From assembly GCA_963729625.1 (NCBI GenBank), contig CAVSOU010000011.1, positions 352,001-416,000 of the forward strand: DNA of 64,000 nucleotides, read 5' to 3'. The notes under the pieces were generated by a model, which did not search any database, was not told where the DNA came from, and saw only the letters and a list, made by a program, of their open reading frames with translations. This stretch comes from an uncultured bacterium. GTDB lineage: Bacteria > Chloroflexota > UBA5177 > JANWHV01. Shown here piece after piece: positions 54,114 to 64,000 of this stretch. A program made the position numbers and the translations under genes. Each line of letters starts with the position of its first letter. Within the stretch, counting starts at the first letter, position 1.

Positions 54114-54956
54114 TCATCGCAGGCCCTGGGCTTCGCCCCTTTCGCGCGATGCGATCCAGACGTATATTTCGTCGGAAGTACCGTCGACCAGGCCTTCTTC
54201 CGCCAGATCGTTAAGTGCAGCCAGCATCTCGGCCTTGGAAACGCCAAGGGCCTTGGCGAGCGGTGACGGGCGAGCGAAGGCAGCTTGCGGCAGGTAGTGC
54301 TCGAGAATCCGGCGGAGGGCCGCGTCGGGCAAGAGCTCCCCGGCGACAGCCACGTATTCCGGATAGTACGTGCTCACCAACACGTGCCGCATGTCTTCGT
54401 CCGCGTCGTCGAACACCTTCGCCACCAGCAACTTACCATCAAGCTCCGCCACAGCCCTCAGATAGGCGTTGCGCTGCGGCCTGCCGACCGGAAAGCCGGC
54501 AGCCTGGCGCAGCTCACCGGTGCCGAGCGGAGCGTCTGCCTCTTCCAGCACATGCGCAACACGATACGCATCGGACGACATGTCCCCGGTGCCGTAAATC
54601 TCATCTATGACCCGGAGATCGCCACGCAGGCACAGCACCGCGGGCAACAAGGACCACGCCACCCAGGTCGGGCGTTTCAACACGATCGCCGTGTAGAACC
54701 CGGCCTTTCGGCGGCCCAGCAGCCACCGCCACGTGTACACATCTCCGCTCGCGCTATCCCATTCAGACTGCACGCGCGTGTCAGGAGTGCCCGTAAAGGC
54801 GTGAAGGAGATTGGGCAGCTCGGGAGACGCGGGGTAGTGCGTGACGATTCCCAGCCGATCGATGAGACCCGCCGCGCCGTCAGGATGTGTACAGCTCGAC
54901 TCAGGTGTTTGGCCCCAGTTGAAGCGCCGCGTCCGCTCAAGATCCTGCAGGTCCAT
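54114..54956 (-). CDS. Hypothetical protein, possibly AlkZ-related winged-helix family
   Basis: Coding-like 280-aa ORF with W.WRW, helical HTH-like segments (LGTGELRQAAG, LAKALGVSKAEM); family call tentative. Confidence 0.5.
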   Translation of the reverse strand: MDLQDLERTRRFNWGQTPESSCTHPDGAAGLIDRLGIVTHYPASPELPNLLHAFTGTPDTRVQSEWDSASGDVYTWRWLLGRRKAGFYTAIVLKRPTWVAWSLLPAVLCLRGDLRVIDEIYGTGDMSSDAYRVAHVLEEADAPLGTGELRQAAGFPVGRPQRNAYLRAVAELDGKLLVAKVFDDADEDMRHVLVSTYYPEYVAVAGELLPDAALRRILEHYLPQAAFARPSPLAKALGVSKAEMLAALNDLAEEGLVDGTSDEIYVWIASRERGEAQGLR

Positions 54957-55129
54957 TCGTGCCGCCCCTCTCGCTCACACACGCAGCATAGCAGGACCTA
55001 CCACGGAACAGAGCGCCGGAATGATGATATCCCGAGTTTCGCGGGTTGGATCATCGTCCACGAATGAGGCACCGGTCAGGCCACCGCGAGGGCGACGACG
55101 CCTTGAATCGCAGGAAAGGTATATCATGC

Positions 55130-55261
55130 CAGACCAAGGCTGCCGCACTGAGGCACGCGCAGCTAGCGTTGATCCAAGCCGCGGACGACACGGGCCGGGA
55201 TGTCAGTGGATCATTCGTCTGGGCGCCGTTCAAGCTGATAGGAGACGCGGGCGTGTTATAA
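55130..55261 (+). pseudogene. CHAT-domain protein extreme C-terminal remnant
   Basis: KAAALRHAQLALI...FVWAPFKLIGD matches the CHAT terminal A.ALR.AQ...WA.F.L.G motif; no upstream CHAT sequence. Confidence 0.65.
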
Positions 55262-55315
55262 ACGGCGCGGCGGCGTATCGCTCACGCGCGATTGTGTAAG
55301 GAGGAAGAGTACGTG

Positions 55316-56980
55316 ATGCAGGCACTGGGAAGAATCGACACGATCGACCTCAGCCCGATGGCAACGGTGGATCCGGTGGAACACCCTGAACTGCAAGTTG
55401 AAGAACGCACGCATCTCCCTGACGAGATACTCCTGACCTTCGTGGATACAAAGGGCAGAGCCGCGTTCGAGGACCGGCGCGTGCAATCACTGCTCGATCG
55501 CGTCAAGCAGCTCGCCGGCATCGAGCTGGACCACATCGCGGGCGTGAAGCCACGCGGCGACGTGCCAGTTCCCAACATTGCCGGGGCGCCGCTTACGGCA
55601 CGGTTTCGGATGCAGCGAAGCGCCCGCACGGGAACGCAACGCGAACGCGTGAAAGACGTTGTAGACACGATAAACGCGACATTGCATACGCTCGAATACC
55701 AGGGCGTTATTGTATCTTCGGCCTCGCCGAACTGGATCGTCAGCAGCGCCGGCGGGCATGGCTCGCCGATGGGCGGTTCGGGCACGATGCCGTATCCGGC
55801 TCCAGCCGGACAATGGTCGCTCAAGGTTCCGGAGGTCGTAGCTTGGGACGTCGACTCAAATGGTTGGCCCCTTGCAGGCGACGAGCGCGTCATCGTGGCG
55901 GTCCTGGACAGCTCACCCGGACGCCGTGCCCTGGCTGATGCCGCGAAGCGACCAGTACTCAAGGACAACGCGCTGCTCCAGGAGATGGCCGGCGGCGACG
56001 TGATCGTGGAGTGGGATCGCTTCGCACCGTCACAGGACATGCAGCCGCGAGAGTTGGATCCGCAACGCCCTGCTCGCGAGGCGGACCACGGTCTGTTCGT
56101 GGCAGGCATCATCCACCGCATCGCCCCCCTCGCGGAGATTCATCTTCTTCACGTGCTCGATAGCTCCGGGCTCGGGCACATCCATCTCCTGTTTGATGCG
56201 CTCGACCATTGTCTGGCTCTGGCACATTCCGGCCGGCGCATCGTGGTCAACATGAGTATGTACCTGTCAATTCCCCCGGGGACCGAGTTGTGGAGCCACT
56301 GGTTCGGAGCCGATGCGTCGCGCGTTTGCGCGCATCTGGATACCGCGGCAAACCAGATCGAGGCCCTGGACGAGGCAGTCGAGCAGCGCGTGGAACTGCT
56401 ACTCGATGCCGGCGCCGTCATAGTCGCCGCCGCAGGCAACGATGCCCTCCAGTTGCGTGGGAGAAGAGTGATCCATGATGCAGTCCACCCGCAGCCCAGA
56501 CTGCCCGCGGACTACGATGGCGTGATCTGCACGGTAGCAGCCAATCGTGCTGGCAGGATCGCCGCCTACTCGAATCGAGCGGACATACCTGCGACCGGGA
56601 ACTGCGTGGCTACCTACGGCGGCGACGGGAAAGCCGACGGCAGGGTCGTCATCGTGCCGCCTGGCACTCCACGCGACGGCATGGTGAGTCTGTATACGGA
56701 GGTCGATGTGCCGACCGGAATAGACACGTTCGAGCCGAACTTGACCGGGTGGGTCTACTGGTCCGGCACGTCGTTTGCTACTCCGGTCATTAGCGGCATG
56801 GCTGCCAACGTGCTGGCGGAGAATTTGCTCGCCAGGAGAGCGAACAGAAACCTGCCGTTGACAACGCAGCGGCAGGTACTGACTGCGATTCTCAGCCATG
56901 CAGATCCTCCTGCAGAGACGGATCTTGCTCTCGGTTGCCCGCACGTTCCCGTAACGTTATCGCAGTGGGCGGCAGGCTAG
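55316..56980 (+). CDS. S8/S53 subtilisin-like serine protease, no evident signal peptide
   Basis: VAVLDS (Asp), DHGLFVAGII (His), AAAGND (oxyanion Asn), WSGTSFATP (Ser); AAGGAGG SD. Confidence 0.9.
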   Translation: MQALGRIDTIDLSPMATVDPVEHPELQVEERTHLPDEILLTFVDTKGRAAFEDRRVQSLLDRVKQLAGIELDHIAGVKPRGDVPVPNIAGAPLTARFRMQRSARTGTQRERVKDVVDTINATLHTLEYQGVIVSSASPNWIVSSAGGHGSPMGGSGTMPYPAPAGQWSLKVPEVVAWDVDSNGWPLAGDERVIVAVLDSSPGRRALADAAKRPVLKDNALLQEMAGGDVIVEWDRFAPSQDMQPRELDPQRPAREADHGLFVAGIIHRIAPLAEIHLLHVLDSSGLGHIHLLFDALDHCLALAHSGRRIVVNMSMYLSIPPGTELWSHWFGADASRVCAHLDTAANQIEALDEAVEQRVELLLDAGAVIVAAAGNDALQLRGRRVIHDAVHPQPRLPADYDGVICTVAANRAGRIAAYSNRADIPATGNCVATYGGDGKADGRVVIVPPGTPRDGMVSLYTEVDVPTGIDTFEPNLTGWVYWSGTSFATPVISGMAANVLAENLLARRANRNLPLTTQRQVLTAILSHADPPAETDLALGCPHVPVTLSQWAAG

Positions 56981-57067
56981 GGAGCAGCACCGCCTCGGCG
57001 ATGAGAGCCCCTGCCATGACCTATCACCCACTCTTGCGGGTACTCGGTCAGGCCGGAGCGACCTTTT

Positions 57068-57625
57068 TCAGACCGTGATTGAAAAGTGGGAGAACGTCGC
57101 AGTGAAGCTGTAGTCTCCCGGCGCGCAACAGAGCAGCCCCACTTGGACCTTCTGGTCAGTCAGCGTGCACTGGCGTGCCAGCGCATAGACCGTGCCGTCG
57201 CTGGAGAAGGAGACGGCCAGCTCCCGTCCCATGCGCTGCAGGCGAATCCACACCGTCTCCCACGCCGCGATCTGACCAAGCGCCCAGTCCGATGTCTCGC
57301 GTGTCACCACAGCGCTGAGGCGCGGCGAGCCTTCGAAGAACTCCACACCCGCTTTCAGCCATAGTGACTCGTCGGCACATGCAATCAACCCGGCCTGGTC
57401 GTACTGATGGACGTAGGAGCCGCGCACCGCTACCACTGCCGTGAAGTCGCCGGACACGTCGATCCCGTAGGCGTGGCCGGTGTGGCGAGCGCCCCCATCA
57501 TGGGTCAGCCGCCAGAAATCCGTCCGCGGATTTGCCACAATCACTACGCTACCGTCCGGCCCACGGCGCCAGTCACGTGGCTCATTGAGCCAGTATCCTG
57601 CATCCCAAGTGCGCTGGTCGATCAT
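57068..57625 (-). CDS. DUF1349 (ConA-like) protein
   Basis: WLNEP, TDFWR.T, YDQAGL, WLKAGVE, SAVVT...SDW. Confidence 0.85.
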   Translation of the reverse strand: MIDQRTWDAGYWLNEPRDWRRGPDGSVVIVANPRTDFWRLTHDGGARHTGHAYGIDVSGDFTAVVAVRGSYVHQYDQAGLIACADESLWLKAGVEFFEGSPRLSAVVTRETSDWALGQIAAWETVWIRLQRMGRELAVSFSSDGTVYALARQCTLTDQKVQVGLLCCAPGDYSFTATFSHFSITV

Positions 57626-57909
57626 TTCGGCACTCTCCCTTCACGTGCTGCTGACGCGCATTGTGCACGGCACGCTCATGCCGTCGCCATGTCTGCCCTG
57701 ACCTGATACCGACACCGGTCCTGCCGGAGTGTGCCGTTGCGCCAAGCTGTGCCATCTGACAGGACCAGACGCCCTTCGCGTACAAATCTGTCAGCCTGAG
57801 CGTATTCAATCAGCCGGACCGAGGGGTAGTATGTGCTAACTACCGCTGCCCATCCAGGGCGGGCAACACGCCGAGCCGGTCAAGCGGCACGGCCGGCCTC
57901 ACGGAACGT

Positions 57910-58587
57910 TTACCCGCGCCCTTCAAGGGCGTAGTTCGACTCACGCAACATGGAAGCTGTCACGTCAAGCAACGAATCAAGGACCCTGTCCGCGATTGCG
58001 AAGAACCGATGATCGCACAATCCCTCACCGGGGACAGCATAGCAAACCATCTTCGCTGCTTTTGCCGCGAGGACTCCATAGGGCGAGTCCTCGAAGGCGA
58101 GGCAACGGTCCGGTGCGATTCCCAGCCGCTCGGCAGCTGTCAAAAAGACTCCCGGATGCGGTTTGCCGTTTGGCTCGTCCTCGGCCGAATGTACCAGCTT
58201 GAAGCGATCCGCGATCTGCAGCTTGTTGAGTGTTTGGTTGATGAGGGCCAGAGGCGAAGACGATGCGACTGCCATAGGAAGCCCTTCTCTCGCGCACAGA
58301 TCCAGCACCTCTAGCGCACCCGGTCGAGCCTGGCAACGCTCTGCGATAAGGTCACCCATCCTCTTGAGAACCAAGGCTAGCACATCGGACCTCGACGGAT
58401 CGCGCCAAGGATACCGCGAGTACCAATGGCTCACCGTTTCGTTGGGACGAAGGCCGGCGGTCTCCTTGGTCATGGAGGGCGTAAGCGCTACACCGACCGA
58501 CCCGAGTACATCAGTCTCCGCTACTCCCCAGAGCCACTCGGTGTCGGCCAGGAGACCATCTAGGTCGAAGATCACTGCGCTGATCAA
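57910..58587 (-). CDS. HAD-IA sugar/hexitol phosphatase (HxpB/YniC-like)
   Basis: FDLDGLLADTE, VASSS, GKPHPGVFL, FEDS..G..AA. Confidence 0.88.
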   Translation of the reverse strand: MISAVIFDLDGLLADTEWLWGVAETDVLGSVGVALTPSMTKETAGLRPNETVSHWYSRYPWRDPSRSDVLALVLKRMGDLIAERCQARPGALEVLDLCAREGLPMAVASSSPLALINQTLNKLQIADRFKLVHSAEDEPNGKPHPGVFLTAAERLGIAPDRCLAFEDSPYGVLAAKAAKMVCYAVPGEGLCDHRFFAIADRVLDSLLDVTASMLRESNYALEGRG

Positions 58588-58747
58588 TCCTCACGGTCCT
58601 TCTCTGTGTCGGTAGTCGTTGTGGAACTCCTGAATACGGCAGCCCGAATGCGCATCGTTCGCCCCAGTTCGCTCCACGCACGCACAGCGGTCGTACCGCC
58701 GCACGCCGACGTACCGGAAGAACCGTTCCCAACCGGCCGGCGGCCCG

Positions 58748-60103
58748 TCAGACCATCGACTCCACTTCGTGCAGCGCCTTTCCGAGTATCGACACGATGC
58801 GGTCAGCCTGTTCGATGGTGAGCACAAGGGGCGGCGACAGGATGATGCAGTCGTTATCCGACCGGCAGAGCAACCCTAGTTTGGTGGCACGGTCACGCAC
58901 TTTGACGCCGATTTCCTGATCGGGATCGAAGCGCTGCCCACTGGCCTTGTCCCGCACCAACTCAATACCGAGCAGCAAGCCCTTGCCACGCACTTCTCCG
59001 ACCAAGGGTGACACCAGCAGCTGCTGCAACTGGTCAAGCAAGTGCTGCCCGACCCGCGCCGCGTTCTCGACCAACCCTTCGCGCTCAATGATGTCGAGGT
59101 TCACGAGCGCGGCCTGACAACCCGCGGGATGGCCGGAAAAAGTTTGGCCGTGCTGGAAGTACTGACCGCGGAACGTCTCCGCTATAGCGCGGGTAGTGAT
59201 CGTAGCGGAAATAGGCTGGTACCCGCTCGAAAGGCCCTTGGCCACCGTCATGATATCGGGAGTCACGCCCCAGTGCTCACACGCGAACATCTTGCCGGTC
59301 CGTCCAAAGCCTGTGAGCACTTCGTCGATGATCAGCAGGATGCCATGTCTGTCGCAGATCTCTCGCACACGCGGGAGATAATCATCCGGTGGAATGACCA
59401 CGCCGAGAGCGGCCATGATCGGGTCCACAATGATTGCCGCGATGGTCTCTGGACGCTCGAACTCGATGGCCTCCTCTATGGCCCGAAGGGGAGCATCGCA
59501 GCAGGTCTCATGCTGCGTGCGATAGCGGCAGTGTGTGCAGTCTGGCGGTGTAACATGGATAAAGCCGGGGACCATCGGCTCGAAGGGCGCGCGGCGCAAC
59601 GGGACGCCCGTCGCACTCAGGGCGCCCATCGTCACGCCGTGGAACGCACCCTTGCGGCTGATGATTTTGGTACGGGCGCGCTGGCCCCGAATGCCGTGGT
59701 ACTGGCGGGCTATCTTGATAGCGACTTCAACAGCCTCGGATCCACTATTGGTGAAGTTCACCACATTGAGGGCACCCGGACAAATCGCCGCGAGCCGTGT
59801 TGCCAGCTCAATAGCGGGTGGGTTGGCAAATCCAAAAAGCGAATAGAAATCGAGTGTGCGCAGTTGAGCGCCTACGGCGTCGGCAATCTCCGTGCGACCA
59901 TGCCCGACCTGAGTGGTAAACAGTCCGGCCAGTCCATCAATGTATTCGCGGCCCTGCACATCGCGGACAATGGCTCCATGCCCTTCGGCAATGACATACA
60001 GGCCGCGCTCTTGAATGCGCTGCATATCGGTGAATTGCAACCAAAGATGCTCGACTGCCAGCTCTTGCAGAGACGGGGCTGTTGGCTCCATTGATGTGGT
60101 CAT
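58748..60103 (-). CDS. Class III PLP-dependent aminotransferase
   Basis: GHGR, NSGSEA, FHG.T, DEVLTGFGRTG, DIMTVAKG, HGQTFSGHP; AAGGAG SD. Confidence 0.93.
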   Translation of the reverse strand: MTTSMEPTAPSLQELAVEHLWLQFTDMQRIQERGLYVIAEGHGAIVRDVQGREYIDGLAGLFTTQVGHGRTEIADAVGAQLRTLDFYSLFGFANPPAIELATRLAAICPGALNVVNFTNSGSEAVEVAIKIARQYHGIRGQRARTKIISRKGAFHGVTMGALSATGVPLRRAPFEPMVPGFIHVTPPDCTHCRYRTQHETCCDAPLRAIEEAIEFERPETIAAIIVDPIMAALGVVIPPDDYLPRVREICDRHGILLIIDEVLTGFGRTGKMFACEHWGVTPDIMTVAKGLSSGYQPISATITTRAIAETFRGQYFQHGQTFSGHPAGCQAALVNLDIIEREGLVENAARVGQHLLDQLQQLLVSPLVGEVRGKGLLLGIELVRDKASGQRFDPDQEIGVKVRDRATKLGLLCRSDNDCIILSPPLVLTIEQADRIVSILGKALHEVESMV

Positions 60104-60241
60104 GGCGACTACACTCCTTTGCCTGTACCTGCGACTGCTCCGCAGCGCCGAGCGGCAACCGCGGGCCTCGGGGATTTGATTGGGCGCGGAAACTCGCCGG
60201 TCACCCAGACACCATACGCTTCGTGTAGATCATTTGCATCG

Positions 60242-60295
60242 AGAAATCAATTACACGCATGGTGTATCCTAATCCCGCACGTTTCACACTGTCAA
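60242..60295 (-). promoter_or_regulatory. Promoter and LacI-type operator of the first aminotransferase
   Basis: TTGACA-18-TAGGAT (60295-60266) followed by TGTAATTGATTTCT (60255-60242). Confidence 0.6.
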
Positions 60296-60363
60296 GTCGC
60301 TGGAAGGTGGTGACGTGGTCGCGTGTCGTGCCTGGCCCGCCGAAAGCGCGGCCCGCCGGCCCC

Positions 60364-61410
60364 TTATGTGAGAACGGCTGCAGGAGGAGGCGCGCAGGAG
60401 TCGCGAACTACTAGCCGCGGCGGCAGCGTGATGATATGCCTGCTGGGGCGGCCCTCCTTGATCTGATTCAGCAACAAGCCGACCGACTCTCGACCGATGC
60501 CCGCTTTGTCGGTTGCCACGGTAGTCAGTCGGGGGCTAAGGAATGAAGCGATCAATGTATCGTCGAAGCCCAGCACGCTCAAGTCTGCAGGTATTGCCAG
60601 GCCGCGTTCCTGCGCGGACCGATAAGCGCCCATAGCCATCAGATCACTATAGGTAACGATCGCGGTCGGCCGCGGCCCGTCGAGCAGAGTGCCGCTCACC
60701 GCATAGGCCCCTTCAACGGTGACCTCAGCATGAACCAGCAGATCGTCGCGCCGGAGGCCGGCTTCCTCTGTCGCCCGCAGATAGGCGGCGATCATGCGCG
60801 GATTGGGCAGCAGCTCGGGCGGCGCGGCGATAAAGGCGACCGCCCGATGACCAAGGCCGATCAGGTATTTTGTAGCGTCGTAGATGCCGGAGTCGGGCTC
60901 CGTGAGCACGGCACTGACGCGGGCGTATGGTTCCACCTCAGTATCCATCAGGACAAAGGGCACTTCACGATGAGTGAGTAGCTTGATCGCCTTGCGAGGA
61001 ATGCCTGCCGCCATGAGCAGCACACCATCGACATGGCGGCGAACCAAATCCAACAAAAGCCGCTCCTCGCGGTCGCGACTATAATCGGAGTCGCAGAGTA
61101 CAAGATTGTAGCCGGCCTCCGCAGCCACGCGCTGCGCAACCTTCGTGATCTCGGCATAAAAGGGGTTGGCAATATCAGGGACAACCAGTCCAATTGTCAG
61201 TGTTTCATTGGTTCGCAGAGCACGGGCCAGCACGTTCGGCTCATAATCAAGTGCGACCATTGCTTCCCGCACGCGCGACGCTGTGGCCTCGGTAATGGCG
61301 CGGTTGCCGGCAAGTACGCGCGACACAGTCGCCACGGACACTCCAGTAGCGTCCGCGACATCCTTCAAGGTCACCTTGCTGTTCCAGCGACGTTTCGCTC
61401 GCATGTCCAT
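60364..61410 (-). CDS. LacI family transcriptional regulator
   Basis: VTLKDVADATGVSVATVSRVL HTH, PTAI...SD.MA.G, GFDD, LTTV; the longer ORF extension overlaps the divergent gene and is discounted. Confidence 0.93.
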   Translation of the reverse strand: MDMRAKRRWNSKVTLKDVADATGVSVATVSRVLAGNRAITEATASRVREAMVALDYEPNVLARALRTNETLTIGLVVPDIANPFYAEITKVAQRVAAEAGYNLVLCDSDYSRDREERLLLDLVRRHVDGVLLMAAGIPRKAIKLLTHREVPFVLMDTEVEPYARVSAVLTEPDSGIYDATKYLIGLGHRAVAFIAAPPELLPNPRMIAAYLRATEEAGLRRDDLLVHAEVTVEGAYAVSGTLLDGPRPTAIVTYSDLMAMGAYRSAQERGLAIPADLSVLGFDDTLIASFLSPRLTTVATDKAGIGRESVGLLLNQIKEGRPSRHIITLPPRLVVRDSCAPPPAAVLT

Positions 61411-61445
61411 CCCCTGCTGCCGCGCTGCAACCTTCAAGACGCGGG

Positions 61446-61498
61446 TTGACAAGCAATCCTTGATAGTATATCGTACGACTGCGGTGTAATGGATTGCA
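61446..61498 (+). promoter_or_regulatory. Promoter and LacI-type operator of the second aminotransferase
   Basis: TTGACA-17-TATCGT (61446-61474) followed by near-palindrome TGTAATGGATTGCA (61485-61498). Confidence 0.6.
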
Positions 61499-61521
61499 TG
61501 GTGCAAAGGACTGCAAGCACG

Positions 61522-62859
61522 ATGATAGACGCCACTGAAGTGCTCCCAAATATCTCGGAAGAAGATCTTCGCGCAGGACAGCGCGCGCTTATGAGCGGCT
61601 GGACACCGGATGAAAAACCGCTGGTGATGGTGCGCGGTAAAGGATCGTTTCTCTGGGACAGTGCAGGTAGGCGCTACCTTGACTGCATCTCGCAGGCCTG
61701 GAGTCTCAACGTCGGTCACTGCCACCCACGCGTTCTTGCCGCGGCTGAGCGTCAGGCCCGCGAGATCACCCAGGTTCGCAGTAACTACGGCAATGCCCCT
61801 ACACTCCTGCTTGCGAAACGGCTCGCCGAGCTCACTCCCGGGAAACTCAAGCGTTTCGCCTTTTCCTTGCACGGCAGCACGGCGGTTGAGACGGCGATAA
61901 AGCTGGCGATGATCAATCGTCCCGGCGGTGGAGCCTTCATCACCCTGTACGATGGCTACCATGGTCGCACGATGGCCACGATGGCGCTGAGCTGGCCGCA
62001 CCCGAACAACCGCTTCGCCGCGTTTCAGCGGGATTCTGTGCGCGTCCCTCAGGCCTATTGCTATCGGTGTCCCTTACACCTGCAGTACCCATCGTGCGGC
62101 ATTGCATGTGCGGAGCTCGTGCGGGATACCATTCGCCACGCGGTTACCGGCAAGCCCACAGCCCTCGTCATGGAGCCCATTCAGGGTAACGGCGCACAGC
62201 TCGACTTTCCTCGGGAGTATCTCCATGCTATTCGCCAGATCTGCGATGAAGAAGGTGTGCTGCTGATTTGGGATGAGATTCAAACAGCGTTCGGGCGCAT
62301 CCCAGCCATGTTTGCCGCCGACTACTATAGCGTGGTGCCCGACATCATGGTGTTCGGCAAAGCGCTGGGCGGCGGTTACCCACTTGCTGGGGTAGCAGTC
62401 CGGAATGATCTGACGGAGTTTGCGGCTGGCGAAGATGCGCTGACGTTTGGGCACTTCCCTGTCTCGGCCGCCGCCGCGCTCGCGACACTCGATATCCTCG
62501 AGGAAGAGGGAGTGTTCGAAAACTGTGCAAAGCAAGGCGCGTACATCACTGCCAAGTTGCTTGAGCTGCAAGAACACTATCCCTTGATCGGCAACGTACG
62601 TGGACCCGGTCTGGCGATTGGAATCGAGCTGGTGCGCGATCGTCAGACCAAGGAACCGGCGCGGGAAGAGGCGCATGCGTTCTACGAGCTGGGCATGGAG
62701 CGAGGTGTAATCTTTGGGACCACCCGTTATGCTGGACTCGGCAACGTCGTCAAGATCAAGCCACCGGCGACGATTACGCGCGAGGAAGCGGACCTGGCGC
62801 TGGCGGCCTTCGAGGACGTATTGAAGGAAGTGTCGAAGCACAGTGTTGCGCGCCATTAG
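61522..62859 (+). CDS. Class III PLP-dependent aminotransferase
   Basis: GHCHP, YHGRT, EPIQG, DEIQTAFGR, DIMVFGKALGGG, RGPGL.IGIELV. Confidence 0.93.
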   Translation: MIDATEVLPNISEEDLRAGQRALMSGWTPDEKPLVMVRGKGSFLWDSAGRRYLDCISQAWSLNVGHCHPRVLAAAERQAREITQVRSNYGNAPTLLLAKRLAELTPGKLKRFAFSLHGSTAVETAIKLAMINRPGGGAFITLYDGYHGRTMATMALSWPHPNNRFAAFQRDSVRVPQAYCYRCPLHLQYPSCGIACAELVRDTIRHAVTGKPTALVMEPIQGNGAQLDFPREYLHAIRQICDEEGVLLIWDEIQTAFGRIPAMFAADYYSVVPDIMVFGKALGGGYPLAGVAVRNDLTEFAAGEDALTFGHFPVSAAAALATLDILEEEGVFENCAKQGAYITAKLLELQEHYPLIGNVRGPGLAIGIELVRDRQTKEPAREEAHAFYELGMERGVIFGTTRYAGLGNVVKIKPPATITREEADLALAAFEDVLKEVSKHSVARH

Positions 62860-63159
62860 TCCGACGGAATAGGGCCCCAACATGCGTGCGGGCCCCGCGT
62901 TGCTCTCTCGCTTGAGTGCCGTACCTCAAGGAACGGAGGTGCCGAAAGCCCAGCGGCCCTTGCGTGCGTTGCGTGTAGTCGTTGCCGATACGTGCACGGC
63001 AGTGCGTGCAACAATGGGTAGGATGCGGAAACCCGGTTCGCTGATGCTTCATAGCGGCACCCGAGCGTGTCGTCGGGGAAGGAGGTGAAGTCAGGCAACA
63101 GGCATCCATCCACCTCTCAGATTTATGACACGGAAATACTGAAGGAGAAGCGCTTCAAG

Positions 63160-64000
63160 ATGGAAAAGCGGGAACCATTGATCGTCGATCCTTTCGTTTC
63201 GCGACTGCGCTTTCTGCAGCTCACAGCTGCAGGCATGGCGGGTGCGGCGGTGGCCTCAGCTGGGCTCGGTTCTTTGCCTGCATTCGCCGCCGGCAAGCCC
63301 TACGCCGGGGTCACCCTCAACTTTATTGGTGAGGCGACGACGCAAACCGACGTGATTAAGGCGCTCTTGCCCCAGTTCACGCAGCAAACCGGTATTAGCG
63401 TAAATATCGAAGAAGCTCCGTACGACAGCGTCGTCCAGAAAGAGATCCTCGACTTCACGACGCATCGTGCGTACTACGATGTCGAGTCTATGCCCTATGA
63501 ATATCTAGGCACGTACGTCGACCGCGGGTACATCGTGCCTGTTGATACGTACCTGGCCAACACGGGCTTGACGCCCGCGAGCTTCGACAAAGCAGACATT
63601 ATCAGCAAGCTATGGAACGCGGCTTCGAACTGGAAAGGCAAGTTCTACGGCTTTCCTTCCGAGAGCCCGGTCATGATGATGTTCTACCGGAGCGATCTCT
63701 TCAGCAATCCGATCGAGCAGCGTGCTTTCCATGCTCGCTATGGCTATAACCTTGCTCCGGCCAAGACATGGGCCCAGTATCAGGACATCGCGGCCTTCTT
63801 CACCCGCCAGAAGGGCCAGTCGCTGGCCGGCAAGACCTTGAGCCAGAATTTTTATGGCCTGGCGATGACCGGCAAGCGGCATCTTGCTACGGTGTGCGAG
63901 TGGCTGAACTACGCGTGGTCATTCGGCGGAGGAATTTTTGACCAGCACGGTAACCTCATCCTCAACTCCGCTGCGAACAAGCAGGCGCTCAACTACTGGG
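63160..64000 (+). CDS. Sugar ABC transporter substrate-binding protein, 3' truncated by window edge (absent from ORF track)
   Basis: AAGGAG SD; MEKREP...SRLRFLQLTAAG Tat-like signal; F..QTGI.V.IE, YD, W.GK.YG.P, FYR.DLF, TW.QY.DIA.FF. Confidence 0.88.
   Translation, partial: MEKREPLIVDPFVSRLRFLQLTAAGMAGAAVASAGLGSLPAFAAGKPYAGVTLNFIGEATTQTDVIKALLPQFTQQTGISVNIEEAPYDSVVQKEILDFTTHRAYYDVESMPYEYLGTYVDRGYIVPVDTYLANTGLTPASFDKADIISKLWNAASNWKGKFYGFPSESPVMMMFYRSDLFSNPIEQRAFHARYGYNLAPAKTWAQYQDIAAFFTRQKGQSLAGKTLSQNFYGLAMTGKRHLATVCEWLNYAWSFGGGIFDQHGNLILNSAANKQALNYW

Noticed and set aside
51213-54956. A type VI secretion locus around the Hcp fragment
   Set aside because: Neighbours are aroA and an MFS gene; no vgrG, tssB/C or baseplate genes in the window
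61411-62001. N-terminal extension of the second LacI (545 aa)
   Set aside because: Overlaps the divergent aminotransferase; the HTH begins near 61380

Overview
GC-rich bacterial chromosomal segment. Chloroflexota-like origin is an inference from gene content and promoter style, not proven. Most genes are housekeeping or metabolic: GH31, rnhB, aat, alaS, uvrB, cdaA-cdaR, dnaG, aroA, an inositol cluster, and a LacI/aminotransferase/ABC cluster. I saw no rRNA, tRNA, CRISPR array or transposase. The main signals, several not visible in the ORF track, are: (1) A tandemly duplicated unit of promoter + ~320-nt leader + 40/41-aa membrane micropeptide + amt. One Amt has the twin-His pore and the other a natural Glu-His pore, there is no glnK, and one leader has an ANTAR-like hairpin overlapping a terminator. 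(2) A membrane-spanning XRE-HTH/TIR/STAND-ATPase/14xWD40 protein divergent from a secreted Cys-containing protein, with three 11-bp direct repeats between them. (3) An inositol regulon in which a transaldolase shares a LacI operator with iolE, suggesting a kinase-free cleavage route. (4) A MazF/RHH toxin-antitoxin pair heading a prkA-yhbH-spoVR operon. (5) Gene remnants: half of an Hcp, a CHAT C-terminus before an S8 protease, and PNPOx-like and homocysteine methyltransferase fragments. All family calls come from motif recognition by eye; no searches were run.
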